Assembly (NCBI GenBank): GCA_025201805.1
Contig: MU619256.1
Coordinates: forward strand, 267,225-331,224
DNA length: 64,000 nt
Reading direction: 5' to 3'
From: Parasitella parasitica NRRL 2501
Lineage: Eukaryota > Fungi > Mucoromycota
The notes beneath the pieces are model-generated. The model made no database searches, was not told where the DNA came from, and saw nothing but the letters and a program-made list of their open reading frames with translations. Of this stretch, positions 26,240 through 37,792 are shown piece by piece (the stretch's first letter is position 1; each line of letters begins with the position of its first letter). Position numbers and translations under genes: made by a program.

Positions 26240-27386
26240 GTACTTGCCCTGACCTTCTTCTACTCTTTGTAATATAGACATATATTTCTCCAAATTTATA
26301 AAATGTATATAATAAAAATGCTTCTATCATGCATAGTTGTAATTTGTTCAAAATCACTGTTAACCATTGCCATATTTTGTGTCGTTTTGCGGGTAACTTC
26401 TGCATTTCTCCTAGTAACAATAATGCATGCATATATCAAGTGTTGCGTTGTATACATGCTGTAAATACAACGATGAAAAACATGTGTAATATGCCATGTA
26501 TAACTGTGATCACATATTTCCACATTATATGTATGTTGAACAAACAAAATGTAATTAGCGGTTACATACAATAAATAATCAATATGTACTTGCACCTTCA
26601 CGCTCATAATGTCTCAGGACATTATCGTGTATCATATATCGCCTGCAAATAATGCTTCTGGCAATCTTGAGTATCGAGAGACTTATATTGTAATAATAGC
26701 CGCATTTTGTAGATTATTTTTAATCAGACTATTTCATATTTCATCTAGGAAGTGTAGGCCTGGACACAAAATGTAAATGATTAATCACCATATTCGGAAT
26801 AGAGGTGTGGAGTATAATCAAGGATTTTTATTTCTACATGAAAAATATCAATCGGTGATATTTCTAGTTAATTTATGTCATAAATCTTTTGTTCAAAACT
26901 TTTTTTTATTTATTTCTATCTAGGGCCTAGCTTTCTCTTTTTTGACCATAACTTTTGCTAAATGGGCTGCCTTTAATTATGGTCATCCTATGTATATGTT
27001 ATTCTTACTGCACACCCAAAATATAAAAAGTCAAGAGTAAAAAGCCTTTAAATTTCCAGTATTTGCATAAAAGCATACAACTGATGTAAAAAATATTGCG
27101 CAAACTTGTGAACATGACTTTTACTCTTGATGTACCTATACATACCATTACATCTCTATTTAAATCAATTTTTACTTGAATAAATTTGAAAATATTTACG
27201 AAATAAATAAACCTGATTTCAATAGCACTACTTTGGGCTAATCAAATATCTGCCAATTCTTTCAGCAATTCTGATTCAGGCATATAACATACACCGCAGT
27301 ATATTGGAGCTCATGACTGCGGTAGGTCGGCCAAACATAAAATACAGTAAGCTTTCCTTCCTCTTTTGCTCAGCAAAAACGTAGCA

Positions 27387-28255
27387 ATGACTAAATCAGT
27401 TTTGAAAAAGATACCTAGCAAACTTCCCAAGATGATAGTATTCGACTTAGACTACACATTATGGCCAGAGTGGTATTGAACATAGTATGACAGATGATAA
27501 GTTTGAGCTCACGTCCTTTTCTTATTTTTGTAAACTTGTAGGATTGATTGTACAAGTGGTAAAGCAAATCAAAAATGATTTTTGTAAACTTGGAATTTTA
27601 ATATTATTCTCGTCATATATAGGACCACCTTATGTTTATGACGAATTGTCAAACTCGGTTATTAACCCGTAAGACATTTAAAGTATTGCGCAGATTCTTC
27701 TTGATAGTCAACACCAAGTATAAATACAATTAGATCGGGAGAATCACTTGGGTTTTTTGAACATACAGCGACAATTATTGCTCTAGTCAAAGCATTTCCT
27801 GATATTCGAATTGGAATCGCATCGAGAACACATACGCCTGAATGGTAAAATTATTATTATTTTATTCAGCAACCAACATATATTCTAACGACGAGATGAT
27901 CAGGGCAAAGAGCGCAATTGGACTTTTGCGTATTCCTGAACTCGATAACTCTACGCTGATGGAAAATGTTGATCATCTTGAAATTTATCCAGGCAGTAAA
28001 TTAAAACATTTCGAGTCTCTTTCCGAGAAATCAGGCATTGCTTGTAGCGATATGCTCTTTTTCGATGATGAAAGTAGAAATAGAGAGGTGTGTAAATTGG
28101 GAGTTCATTTCGTACATGTAAACACAAAGACTGGAATCACACCATTCCAATTTGAAAATGCCTTGCATGCGTTTGCTACTAATTCCGGTTCAACACAGAC
28201 AAAAATGGACAGATTTTTTATCACCAGCAAAAGCAAACAGAAGTTGAAAAGTTAA
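27387..28255 (+). CDS. Magnesium-dependent phosphatase 1 (HAD class IIIC), multi-exon
   Basis: PKMIVFDLDYTLWPEW (DxDxT), ASRT, EIYPGSKLKHF, MLFFDDESRN. Confidence 0.9.
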
Positions 28256-28425
28256 CCCACGTGTTTAGATTGCATTGAATATAGATTTAAATGAAATATA
28301 GAGTACGTATCTGTTAATATCGATCACTTTTAATTAATAAAGGTCCCGGGAAACATTGCGCAGTTGATTTTTCACCAAGCCAAGTTTTTAATGAATGACA
28401 AGATGCATGTAGGAGTCGACATATA

Positions 28426-28546
28426 CAGTCAAAAAAGGTTGGCCCAATAAAAAAAAATTGGTTAGCTTGAAATGAAAATGGGTCGCCAAGACAAAAATGG
28501 GTCACTGTTTTGAAGATGGATCATTTAATACGAAAATGGGTCACCA
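28426..28546 (+). repeat. Left TIR with three AAAATGGGTC direct repeats
   Basis: Reverse complement of 29806-29922; DR copies at 28475, 28494, 28533. Confidence 0.9.
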
Positions 28547-28599
28547 GTAAAGAGAAGCTAAGAGGAAGACCAAACCTCACTCCGAAGAGCCCCCACCCC

Positions 28600-29769
28600 T
28601 TGATGTAGTAAAAAAGGAAAGGGGATCATACATCACTAAGAACGAAGCAAAGGTAGTCAATTTGATCAATTTATTGCAAGAATTTGAGAATATGTCTATC
28701 AGTGAAGCGGGTAGAAAGGTAGGGCTCTCCAAGTCAACAGCTATTCGTAAAGCCAAGCAGTGGAATCAAATGACAAGCGAAATAGTTGAAAAGGGATTCC
28801 CTGATTCTATCGCAACCAAAGTAGGAAAGGGACGACCAGCAATACTCAAAGACGAACATACTGTATTTATCTTTGAGCTGCTAGCTAATGAGCCTTTTTT
28901 TTTTTGTGTATGAAAAAAGCTAGCTAATGAGCCAACATTGACAGTCGAAGCTGTTACAGACAACCTGTCAAAAGAATTTAGAGATATACAGATCACCCTT
29001 AGATCAGTGGAAAATCATATGAAGAAGAAGTGTCGCCCAACCTACAAGCGTATCATTCCTAGATATTATGGCAGGAACACGGATGAGACTGTTGCCAAAA
29101 GACGAGATGCGGTAGCATACTGGGTTAGCCAGAACATAGATTTTATAATTAAAGGGTGTTCTTAGATGAAGCTGGATTTAATAGGAATATGTATCGCTCA
29201 TATGGATGGTCTGAGGCTGGAACACCTTGCAAAATTGATGTTCAAACGAAGGGAGCAAATGTTAGCATCTTGGGTGCTATTTGTAAAAGTGGTTTAATCA
29301 ACATTATCCAGAAAAGAAGTTATACTTGGTGCTAGGAGTGGAAAGCGAACTCTAACTGGTGAGAAATCTCAGGCCCTCAAGAAAAAGGGTACTACCAGCA
29401 ATAACTTTTTTGAATACATAGAGCAAGTCCTCACGACACTTGATACGGCTAACATGAGCTACAAATATCTAGTTCTTGACAATGCATCCAATTCACAAGG
29501 CTGCACTTATTGAAGATTGGGTTGGTCAACGTGGCTATAAACTTCTCTTTTTGCCCCCTTATTCTCCTTTTTTGAATCCAATCGAAGAGTTTTGGTCCAA
29601 GCTGAAGACTGTTGTAAATAATGATCCCTCTTCTGTCAGGCAGAATGAAAAAATCTCTGATCGTATTCGCAATACATCATTTTACATCAGCAGAGAAGAC
29701 TGCGAGAATTGGATAAAGCATTCTTTGACGTTCTGGCAGAGATGCTTGAATTGTGAAAAAGGATTATAA
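28600..29769 (+). pseudogene. DD34E Tc1-like transposase pseudogene (HTH + DDE_3), with several frameshifts and an insertion
   Basis: HTH (MSISEAGRKVGLSKSTA), GRP, DEAGF, VLDNA/PIHK, LFLPPYSPFLNPIEEFWSKLK, split across reading frames. Confidence 0.9.
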
Positions 29770-29805
29770 GAGGCAACCTAAAAAGCATGCATTAAATTTC
29801 TATAT

Positions 29806-29922
29806 TGGTGACCCATTTTCGTATTAAATGATCCATCTTCAAAACAGTGACCCATTTTTGTCTTGGCGACCCATTTTCATTTCAAGCTGACCAATTATTT
29901 TTTAACCTTTTTTCGTTGACTG
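29806..29922 (-). repeat. Right TIR of the Tc1 element
   Basis: tggtgacccattttcgtattaaatgatccatcttcaaaacagtgaccc... inverted match to the left end. Confidence 0.9.
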
Positions 29923-30989
29923 CAGTAAGGCTCTGATAGGGAACAGAAAAATATAAGCGAAATCAATGTTGAATATGTGATAATCAAATAGATCACTTGG
30001 CTGTCCATTTCTTTCTAACAACACCTGCTGCCATTTCATAGTAGCTTCTATCTTTGTTAATCAAGAAAAACTCAGCATGTTGTATAAGTTTAGCTAGTAG
30101 CGCGAACAACATAGAGCTATAGATGGATTAATGATTCCAACGCAATCATGTGTGTTATAACAAATTTGAACTTCATAATGTGTATAAGTATTGCTGATTA
30201 TCGCATTTATCACTTCATTTGGTTATTTTTTAAGGCTTTGCAGTTTTAGAATTTGTGTACTTTCACATAAGCATCCATATTATGTAATATACACAGACGC
30301 ATCGCTTTTATTTACCAAATGTACTACGTATCATGACTTGAATACTCTGAATACGACATGCATAACCAAATAGCGTTTTACACTAAGTTATCGGCTTCAA
30401 TGCTTGCGTTGGCATCAACTTATCTGCAATAATGTCAGCTGTCAATGCAGTAAATATTCATGCTACGGCATTAGTATCAATGACAGATTAGCTCGTACCA
30501 ATTGTTTGTTTGTGTGTCTTTTTATCTAAAATTCTTATTTTATCCGTATGGTTTACATCTCATAAGATGCGACTATTTGACCTGCTCAAATAGAACTACT
30601 AATGTTGTCTATAACGCAAAATACAGTATTTATTTAGGGGCTATACCTCAAGCATCTCCTTGGCTATTTGATGGCTCTTTTCTTATATCTAAGAATTCTG
30701 GCCCACATAATTACCTATACAATATCTTTATTGATACCTGTCCCAGGCGACCAGTTCTCAGTGCAAGTGTATTCAACCTGATGTTACTGAATGTGTTGTA
30801 TCAAAGATCAATCGTAGATGGAAAAGCCCGAAGAAAAACAAGACCCACATAAAAGACCCAGTCCATGATAACACAAAAAACAAGCGCATGACGCACATAC
30901 TTTGATTCTATGTCATTATAATGAGATAAAAATCTTTCCTTCCACTTTTTTCCACTCGCCTTTTTTCTCTGAAAAAAACTCGCTCTCCA

Positions 30990-32085
30990 ATGTCTGAACA
31001 TCAGGCACACGATTTGATTTCACAAGCTGAGAAAAAATTAAATAGCTGGACCTGGTTTAATTCAAACAACAAACAGGAGGATGCAGCAGAAATATACGAA
31101 AAGGCAGGAAACACGTTTAAACTGGCTCAAAGATGTTTGTTTATAAAATATGGAGTATTGATAGCAGCGTGTACTGAGTTTCCGTTTGAAATCTAGGGCA
31201 GGATGCGGGCAACGCCTATTTCAAAGCTGCAGAGCTGTATAGAACGACGCCTGATTTGCAGTACGAATCCTCAAAGTCATTTGAAAATGCGGCCAGATGC
31301 CTGAAACGTATTGATGCCCGAGGTAGGCTGAACTTGATGACTGGAGTCTCTCTTTAAACTAAAAAGATCGATCAACAGCTTCCATAGAAGCCCTGAAGTT
31401 TGCTATTCAAATAGACAAAGAATCATCAAATTTTAGAAATGCGGCAAAGCATCATCAGGAAATAGCCGAAATTTATGAAGCTGAAATTATAGATTTAAGT
31501 GAAGCAAAGGACAACTGGAAAAAGGCGTCTGAGCTATACATGGCTGATGATTCACAAGCGTAAGTGTAGTTACATTCTGTCTGAAGCCCTGTCTTGTGCT
31601 AAAAAAATCGTACATGTAGAATGATCAATAAATGTTTATTAAAAGTCGCCCACTTTGCAGCCCAATTAGAACAATATAACGAGGCAATTGACAACTTTGA
31701 ACGAGTAGCAACGGATTCGATGGATAATCAACTGACAAAATGGTCGATAAAGGAATATTTCTTGAAAGCAGGTCTATGCTCCATGTGTATTGGGGTCCGT
31801 ATTGCTTACACTGATTTTCCATGACAAGCAACTAATCCACAATGTCACATTTAGGATACCGTAAGATGCCATCAATTGTTGAATAAATACTGCAACATGG
31901 ATTTATCATTTGAAAATACCCGAGAACATCAATTCTTACTAGGCATTCTGGGTTGTTTGGAGAACGGCGATCAGGATTTATTCAACCAGAAAGTCTTTGA
32001 GTTTGACCAAATGACAAAATTAGATAATTGGAAAATAAGCATATTATTGAAAATTAAAAAATCAATGGATTTATCCATCTTGTAA
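30990..32085 (+). CDS. SEC17: Alpha-SNAP (soluble NSF attachment protein), 5 exons
   Basis: AEKKL..W.WF...[61 protein letters not shown]. Confidence 0.92.
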
Positions 32086-32181
32086 TATGACGATTTGAAA
32101 CAAAAATTGATATTTTATTTGGGGTTTCACCAGAAAAAGAAAAAAAAAAAGCTGGTTGCTTTTCTTCCTTTCTTTTCGCTA

Positions 32182-34063
32182 ATGTCCAGTCCAATTAATA
32201 CTTCTTCATCAAGGCATAGACCTTCTTTATCTTCATCATCTATTCCAATGCCACCTCCTCAGTCACATTCTCCAACGCACCCTACTCACTTGAACCCCTC
32301 TCAAGATCTGTTGTCTGTCAATCGTTCATCTGAAAGAAGGAACTCCCAATCTCAGTTATCGTCGAGTGCTCCCTCGTTTGGATCCTTTTTAAATGGGCAG
32401 CACCAGTCAAATGGTGCCAATGATCAGTCTTCTAATCGCAGTAGTACCAGTTCCAACAGAAGAAGGGATAGTTCAGCTGTTGGTACAGGTAACAGAAGGG
32501 AAAGCATCACGCCGTCAAATTCTCCAATGTTGACTATAGAATTTGACGGCGGCAATCATGTCATTGTACGCCCCAATCGAATTATTCGAGGAAAGGTCAT
32601 ACTGAACCTATGCGAAAGAATTCATGTGACAAGAATTCGAGTCAAGGTAAAGCAATGAAAGCTTTTGTTGAAATGGTTGGGTCAGTGTGTATCTAACATT
32701 CTACGCAATCTTACAGTTTCGTGCAGAAGAAGCAGCCATGGTCAAAGTAGACGAAGGCGGGGCAGATGGTAAAGGTGAATGGATTCATGAGATGATTACA
32801 ACTTTTTTTGAAACTGAATGGAAGTTGCACGGACAAGAAGTTTCTCGTATGTATTCAAGCACCAAAGAATGACGCGAATACAGACGGCAACGAAAATTAA
32901 CTTTGCTTAGCCTATTCTCAGTGCGCATGGGATGAAATTGAGCCTGGACATTACGAGTATCCATTTGCACTAAAGGTAGCTTAATGGAAATTACTGCTAC
33001 AAACACAAATTTCTTAAAAGTTGATATTAGTTTCCAAATGTAAATTATCCTCCCTCGATGGAAGAGCCTGCTGGCTTTGGTATCCGGTATATCTGGACAG
33101 CACAGGTTGATGGACCTGCACTTCAATCTGGATTGAAGAGCAGAGAATACATTACACCTTATAGACCTATCATTGTTTCTATTGCCGGTAAGTTCTTTGT
33201 GTGGCGGCACAAGTTTTGTTCGAGATGCTCAGTTCTCTGTTTTATTGTTATTAGATAAGGAATGGATATACAAAACAACATTGATGAAAGGAAAGAGCCA
33301 AGCTTTAGCTGAAGTGCAGGCAAAATTGTACAAGCAAACTTACTGCCCGGATGAGCCTTTCAAAATGCAACTCAACATGATGATCTTACATTCTGATTCA
33401 AAAATTACAAGCATTGTGTATCGATTCCGAAAGCATCATGAAGGCAAAATGTTGGTTCAGCAGGGTACAGCATTCCGAGAAAATATCAGAACTGTCATCC
33501 AAGACGTCGTTTTACTTCCTTCCACATGCGATTTGACTCAGTTATCAGAGACTATAAAATTTGACGTCCCTACTAGACTTGTATCACCCTCCTTCTTATC
33601 GCGCCATACAAGAGTTCACTATGACCTTTGCTTCCAAGTAACCATTGAGCAAGGTCATTTGTTCAAAACAAGCCATGTCAATGAATTCGCTATCCCTCTC
33701 ACTATTGCAAATTTACCCTACAATCAACTATTGAGAATTCCAGACCTTACAGCGATCCAACACTACCAACAATCCACAGAATGTCCATTGTTCTTTGATC
33801 CAGCACTGGAAGAGCCACCAGCGCCTCAAGGATTGCCTAGCGAACTTATTGGACCTCTGACAGCTGCGTTAATGAGTCCGAACTCATCAGACGAGCAACC
33901 ACCTAGTTATTTCAGTTTGCCTGAATTACCTCCTCAATTTGAGTTGCGAAAAGAGAGAAAAGAAAGAACTGTGTTTATGACAAGACAGGCTCGTGGTGCA
34001 TATCACGGACATGATTTGGGTGAAGCCACCGTCATTCCCGGATTATATGATGAGGATTGGTGA
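32182..34063 (+). CDS. Arrestin-domain (ART-like) adaptor protein, multi-exon
   Basis: RGKVILNL...IRVKFRAEE, PGHYEYPFALKFPNVNYPPSME, VSPSF....VHYDL, C-terminal PPSY (PY) motif. Confidence 0.8.
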
Positions 34064-34172
34064 TTCCCTTCTTGTACATTATAGGAGTAACTCCTGTTCT
34101 TTACAATAGATAAAATGTCAATTAAATGAATCTGATACTTTTGCACAAAAAAAAAATATTCATTTTAATTTT

Positions 34173-35692
34173 TTAATTCCACCCCCACACTTCTTTGACC
34201 CATTGTCCTAAATCCATGTCTATATTCTGCCATTTTAATATGAATGGATGTTCAAGCATGCGGGCAGGTGTTGGTCGATAATTAGGGTCTTTTGTCAAAC
34301 TATCAGCATGAATAAGTAACCAAACAAACTACACACACGCATAAGCCAAATTAAAACACTCACCAGATAGCTACAAAGTTTTTACATTCATCTGAAATAT
34401 GGTCTCCTTGAATTTCTGGTACAGGCTGGCGTACAATGAAATCGAGTAACTCGAAAATTGAGAGATGAGGTTGATCTGGAGGAGGCAAAGCTGGCCGATT
34501 TTGTGATACTTCAATTAAAGTCAAGCCAAGTGACCAAATATCAGATTGCACGGCATAAGCATTGCCCTGAATACGCTCAGGCTATATATGCATAAGGAGT
34601 TTACAGGTTAAAAATAAGTTCAATGTTTACGTTGTGCTTTCTGCTTACAGCCATATAATATTGAGTGCCTGTAAATGTCTGTGCGATAGAATTGATCAAT
34701 TCACCAGATACACCGAAATCACATAGTTTAATCTCTCCCTCTCGTGTCACCACAATATTGGATGGTTTTATATCTATTTATAATATTACGTACTTGCTTT
34801 TGAAGTAATTGCTGTTATGTACGAACCTCTGTGAATTACTCGTTTTGAATGTAAATAAACTAGACCTTTGCAAACCTATCACCATATGTTAAACATATAT
34901 ACGATGCTTTTCGACCAAAAAATAATACCGATTCTGCAATGCGCTCCAAAACTGGTTCACCAATTACACCTCCTAAAGACCTTGCCCTTTTGTAAATATC
35001 CTCCAGGCTTCCAGCCTCACAATATTCCATACATAGCGAAACAGTTGTATCTCCATCGTCTAAAAATACACCATAAAATGATACGATGTAAGGTGAATCA
35101 CACGTTTTCAAGAATGCCAATTCACGCAAGATTTGGCGTTGAACGACTGGATTAGGTTCAGTAGAAATGGACTAGAGAATCAAAGCATCAAAAGATGGGC
35201 AACCCCTTTCTTATTACCAGAATCAAAACAAACCTTTTTGGCCATCACTTTTTGAGTTGGTTTGTGAAATACTTTACGTACGGTACCTGCCGCACCTTCG
35301 CCTAATCTAGACAACGTTTCAAGGTCGTCTGCTTTTATTTCCATGAAATGCGAGTTTGCTTCTAGTACTTGTTGATTGGCGTTGATGGAAGGTGGAGGAA
35401 GAGGAGGCTCACGTAAAACAGGGATATCTTGATTTCTAACGTCTTTTTGCTGTTGTTGTGATGATGGTGGTGGCAGTGGCTGGGCGAACAAGTAAGAAGC
35501 AGCCAAAGAAGGCTCTTCTTTCTCAACAACCGGGCCACTGTAATTTTCTCCATTTACAATGTTTGTAATTTCTAGTCGAAATCCGGAAGATGGAGAAGAG
35601 GTCGATTGAAGATGTTCGGAAGTTAAGCGAAGTCCGGGCTTACGTTTACCAGATTTTGGTTGACCTAGAGTGATTCCAGGTGGATGTGACAT
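34173..35692 (-). CDS. MAP kinase kinase, Mkk1/Pek1 type
   Basis: [69 protein letters not shown]. Confidence 0.92.
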
Positions 35693-36411
35693 TTGTGTTG
35701 TATGAAGATTATCAACAAGAAAGAAAGAATAATAAAAAGGGTTACAGACTCGGATTTCCTCCCGTTTTTCTATCATTGCTCAACTGGTTGTAGGAGTCAC
35801 GAATCTAAATATGCTAAATATGTTGTCTTGCTCAATTACTTTGTATCTCACCTTGATCAAGCCAATTGAACATCTATTTTGATGTTGCACTAGCTTAAAA
35901 TTCTACTTATCGTTTGCTTTCTTTTTTCAACTAATGATACTTTCATTGTCTCTATTCGCAAATACACATGCAGCAAACGTAAGCTTTGTCTGAGTTCTGG
36001 GGATGAGTAGCACAATGAAACACTAGAAATTAAATCATTTCATTGCATGCAAAAAAAAAAAAGAGTTATTTTTACTCTCGTGCATTTCCAATATCAATAC
36101 ATGAATCAATTAGGGGTATCAAAAGTGCTATCTAATCCTATATCGTACTGAGTCGAGATTTTTTAATGCTTACGAAAGGCTAACGAGACCTTGTGAAATA
36201 CATATATAAAGATAAACATTTACATCAATACTCACGCAAGTTGCAATGTATGCCGCGCGTGTATAAGTAATGTCGTAAGGTTTTATCTAGAAGACGCTCT
36301 ACAGAAAGGAATAATAATCCTCAAATAATACATCTAATGCTACAAGCGGTTTTTATTTTGAAACAAAGACAAAGCTAAAATATGAAACTTAAGATCAATA
36401 AAAAAAGTTTA

Positions 36412-37792
36412 TTATAGGAGGATATCATCATATCTTAAATCTCTTCTTTGTCTCTCTTCTCGTACAAATGCGAGGTAGGATTGATGGGTAGCAGAATTGG
36501 CAGAGCTTTGATCAGTAGAGCTTTCGAACGAAATGGGTGTATTAAATTTAGGCATGTGCTGGTATTCCAAGTCAACAGCAATGTTGATACCTAGACAGCC
36601 ATGATAAATGTCAATGAGTAAAAATTCCAAAAGAAAAAGTTATATGTTTATATTCACCTGCTGAAATTTTCTCTGTCCATAACAACATTGCAGCACTAGT
36701 CTGTACATGAAAGAGTATTTGTGGCCCATTCTCGGTTATAATACGAAACACATTTTGCTTCTTAGTGTAATCCGTAGCTGCTTGCACCTTGGCATTTGAC
36801 AAGGATAGATTGGTCAATGGAGTAAAGCTGCTATTCTGTTGGTAATATGGTGTCATGGTCGGTAAATATCGATAACCTCCGAGTGAAGGTGAGGTATTCC
36901 TTGCTTCGTAAATCTTTAATACAGTTCCACTGAGTTCCATATAAATATCTCTGTGTGCAAATGTTAGCTTGACTGTTTGAATTGCTAATGCTCATATTGT
37001 AGCATATCTCCAGTTTAATACATACCTCCAAGGACGTCGCTTAGGCCTAACGCTTGGAAGATCATATTCAATTTTGGCTGACGCCTTGCCCATTTTTTGC
37101 ACGGAACAAGAATACTTGGGCAGCGCTTCTTTGCCTTCTATGTTCTGTTTTGGAAGACTTCTATTAACGTTTGTGTATGAATTTCTCCTTCGTTTGTCCA
37201 AGATGTAATCACAATATTCCGGAGGATTCAGAGATGGTAGCGAGAAACGTCGACTGTTATCGTATTTGGGTGGATCAGCAGCAAACTTTATCCTCTTATG
37301 CGCTGACTCTTTAATTGAGTTTGGCCAAATTTGTTCTTCATTGTTGTGGTTAGTGGTGCTTGAGGCCGCAGTAATTGAATGGGTTCTTTGTAATATATCT
37401 TCTACAATGTTTGTATTATCTACGTTGTCTTGATTGTCACTTGAAGGAGGGTAAGGTATGCCATCGTTTTGATCTTCTTGCGTGGGGCTAGATATGAGAT
37501 AATCACTTGTGTTTTGAAGAATGTCGTCATCGTCTTCAGATTGACTGAACGAGGATAAGCTACTTGTCAGCGATGATCTACGAATAGACTGTGCAATTTT
37601 TGACAATTTTCGACAATCTCTTTGTTTACGGATGCCGAACAACTTGAAGTCTTTTTCGTCTGTCATTTGCATAAATTGATCCAAATCTACGCCTTTTAGA
37701 TGTGAACTATAGCGTAATAATTCGACTTGATTAAGTACATCGTCTACAAAATTGACTGTCAGTAAATATTGCAACATACTAAACAAAGACAT
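36412..37792 (-). CDS. SAM + PH domain protein
   Basis: N-terminal SAM-like (LNQVELLRY...DFKLFGI); PH (RPWR..YMELSGTVLKIY, DYTKKQNVFRI, MLLWTEKISAGINI). Confidence 0.75.

Larger units (their letters stand above)
28426..29922 (+). mobile_element. Tc1/IS630-mariner DNA transposon (~1.5 kb) with ~120-bp TIRs, defective
   Basis: TA|CAGTCAA left end and TTGACTG right end; ~90-bp near-perfect inverted core (28456-28546 vs 29806-29896); internal transposase remnants. Confidence 0.92.
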
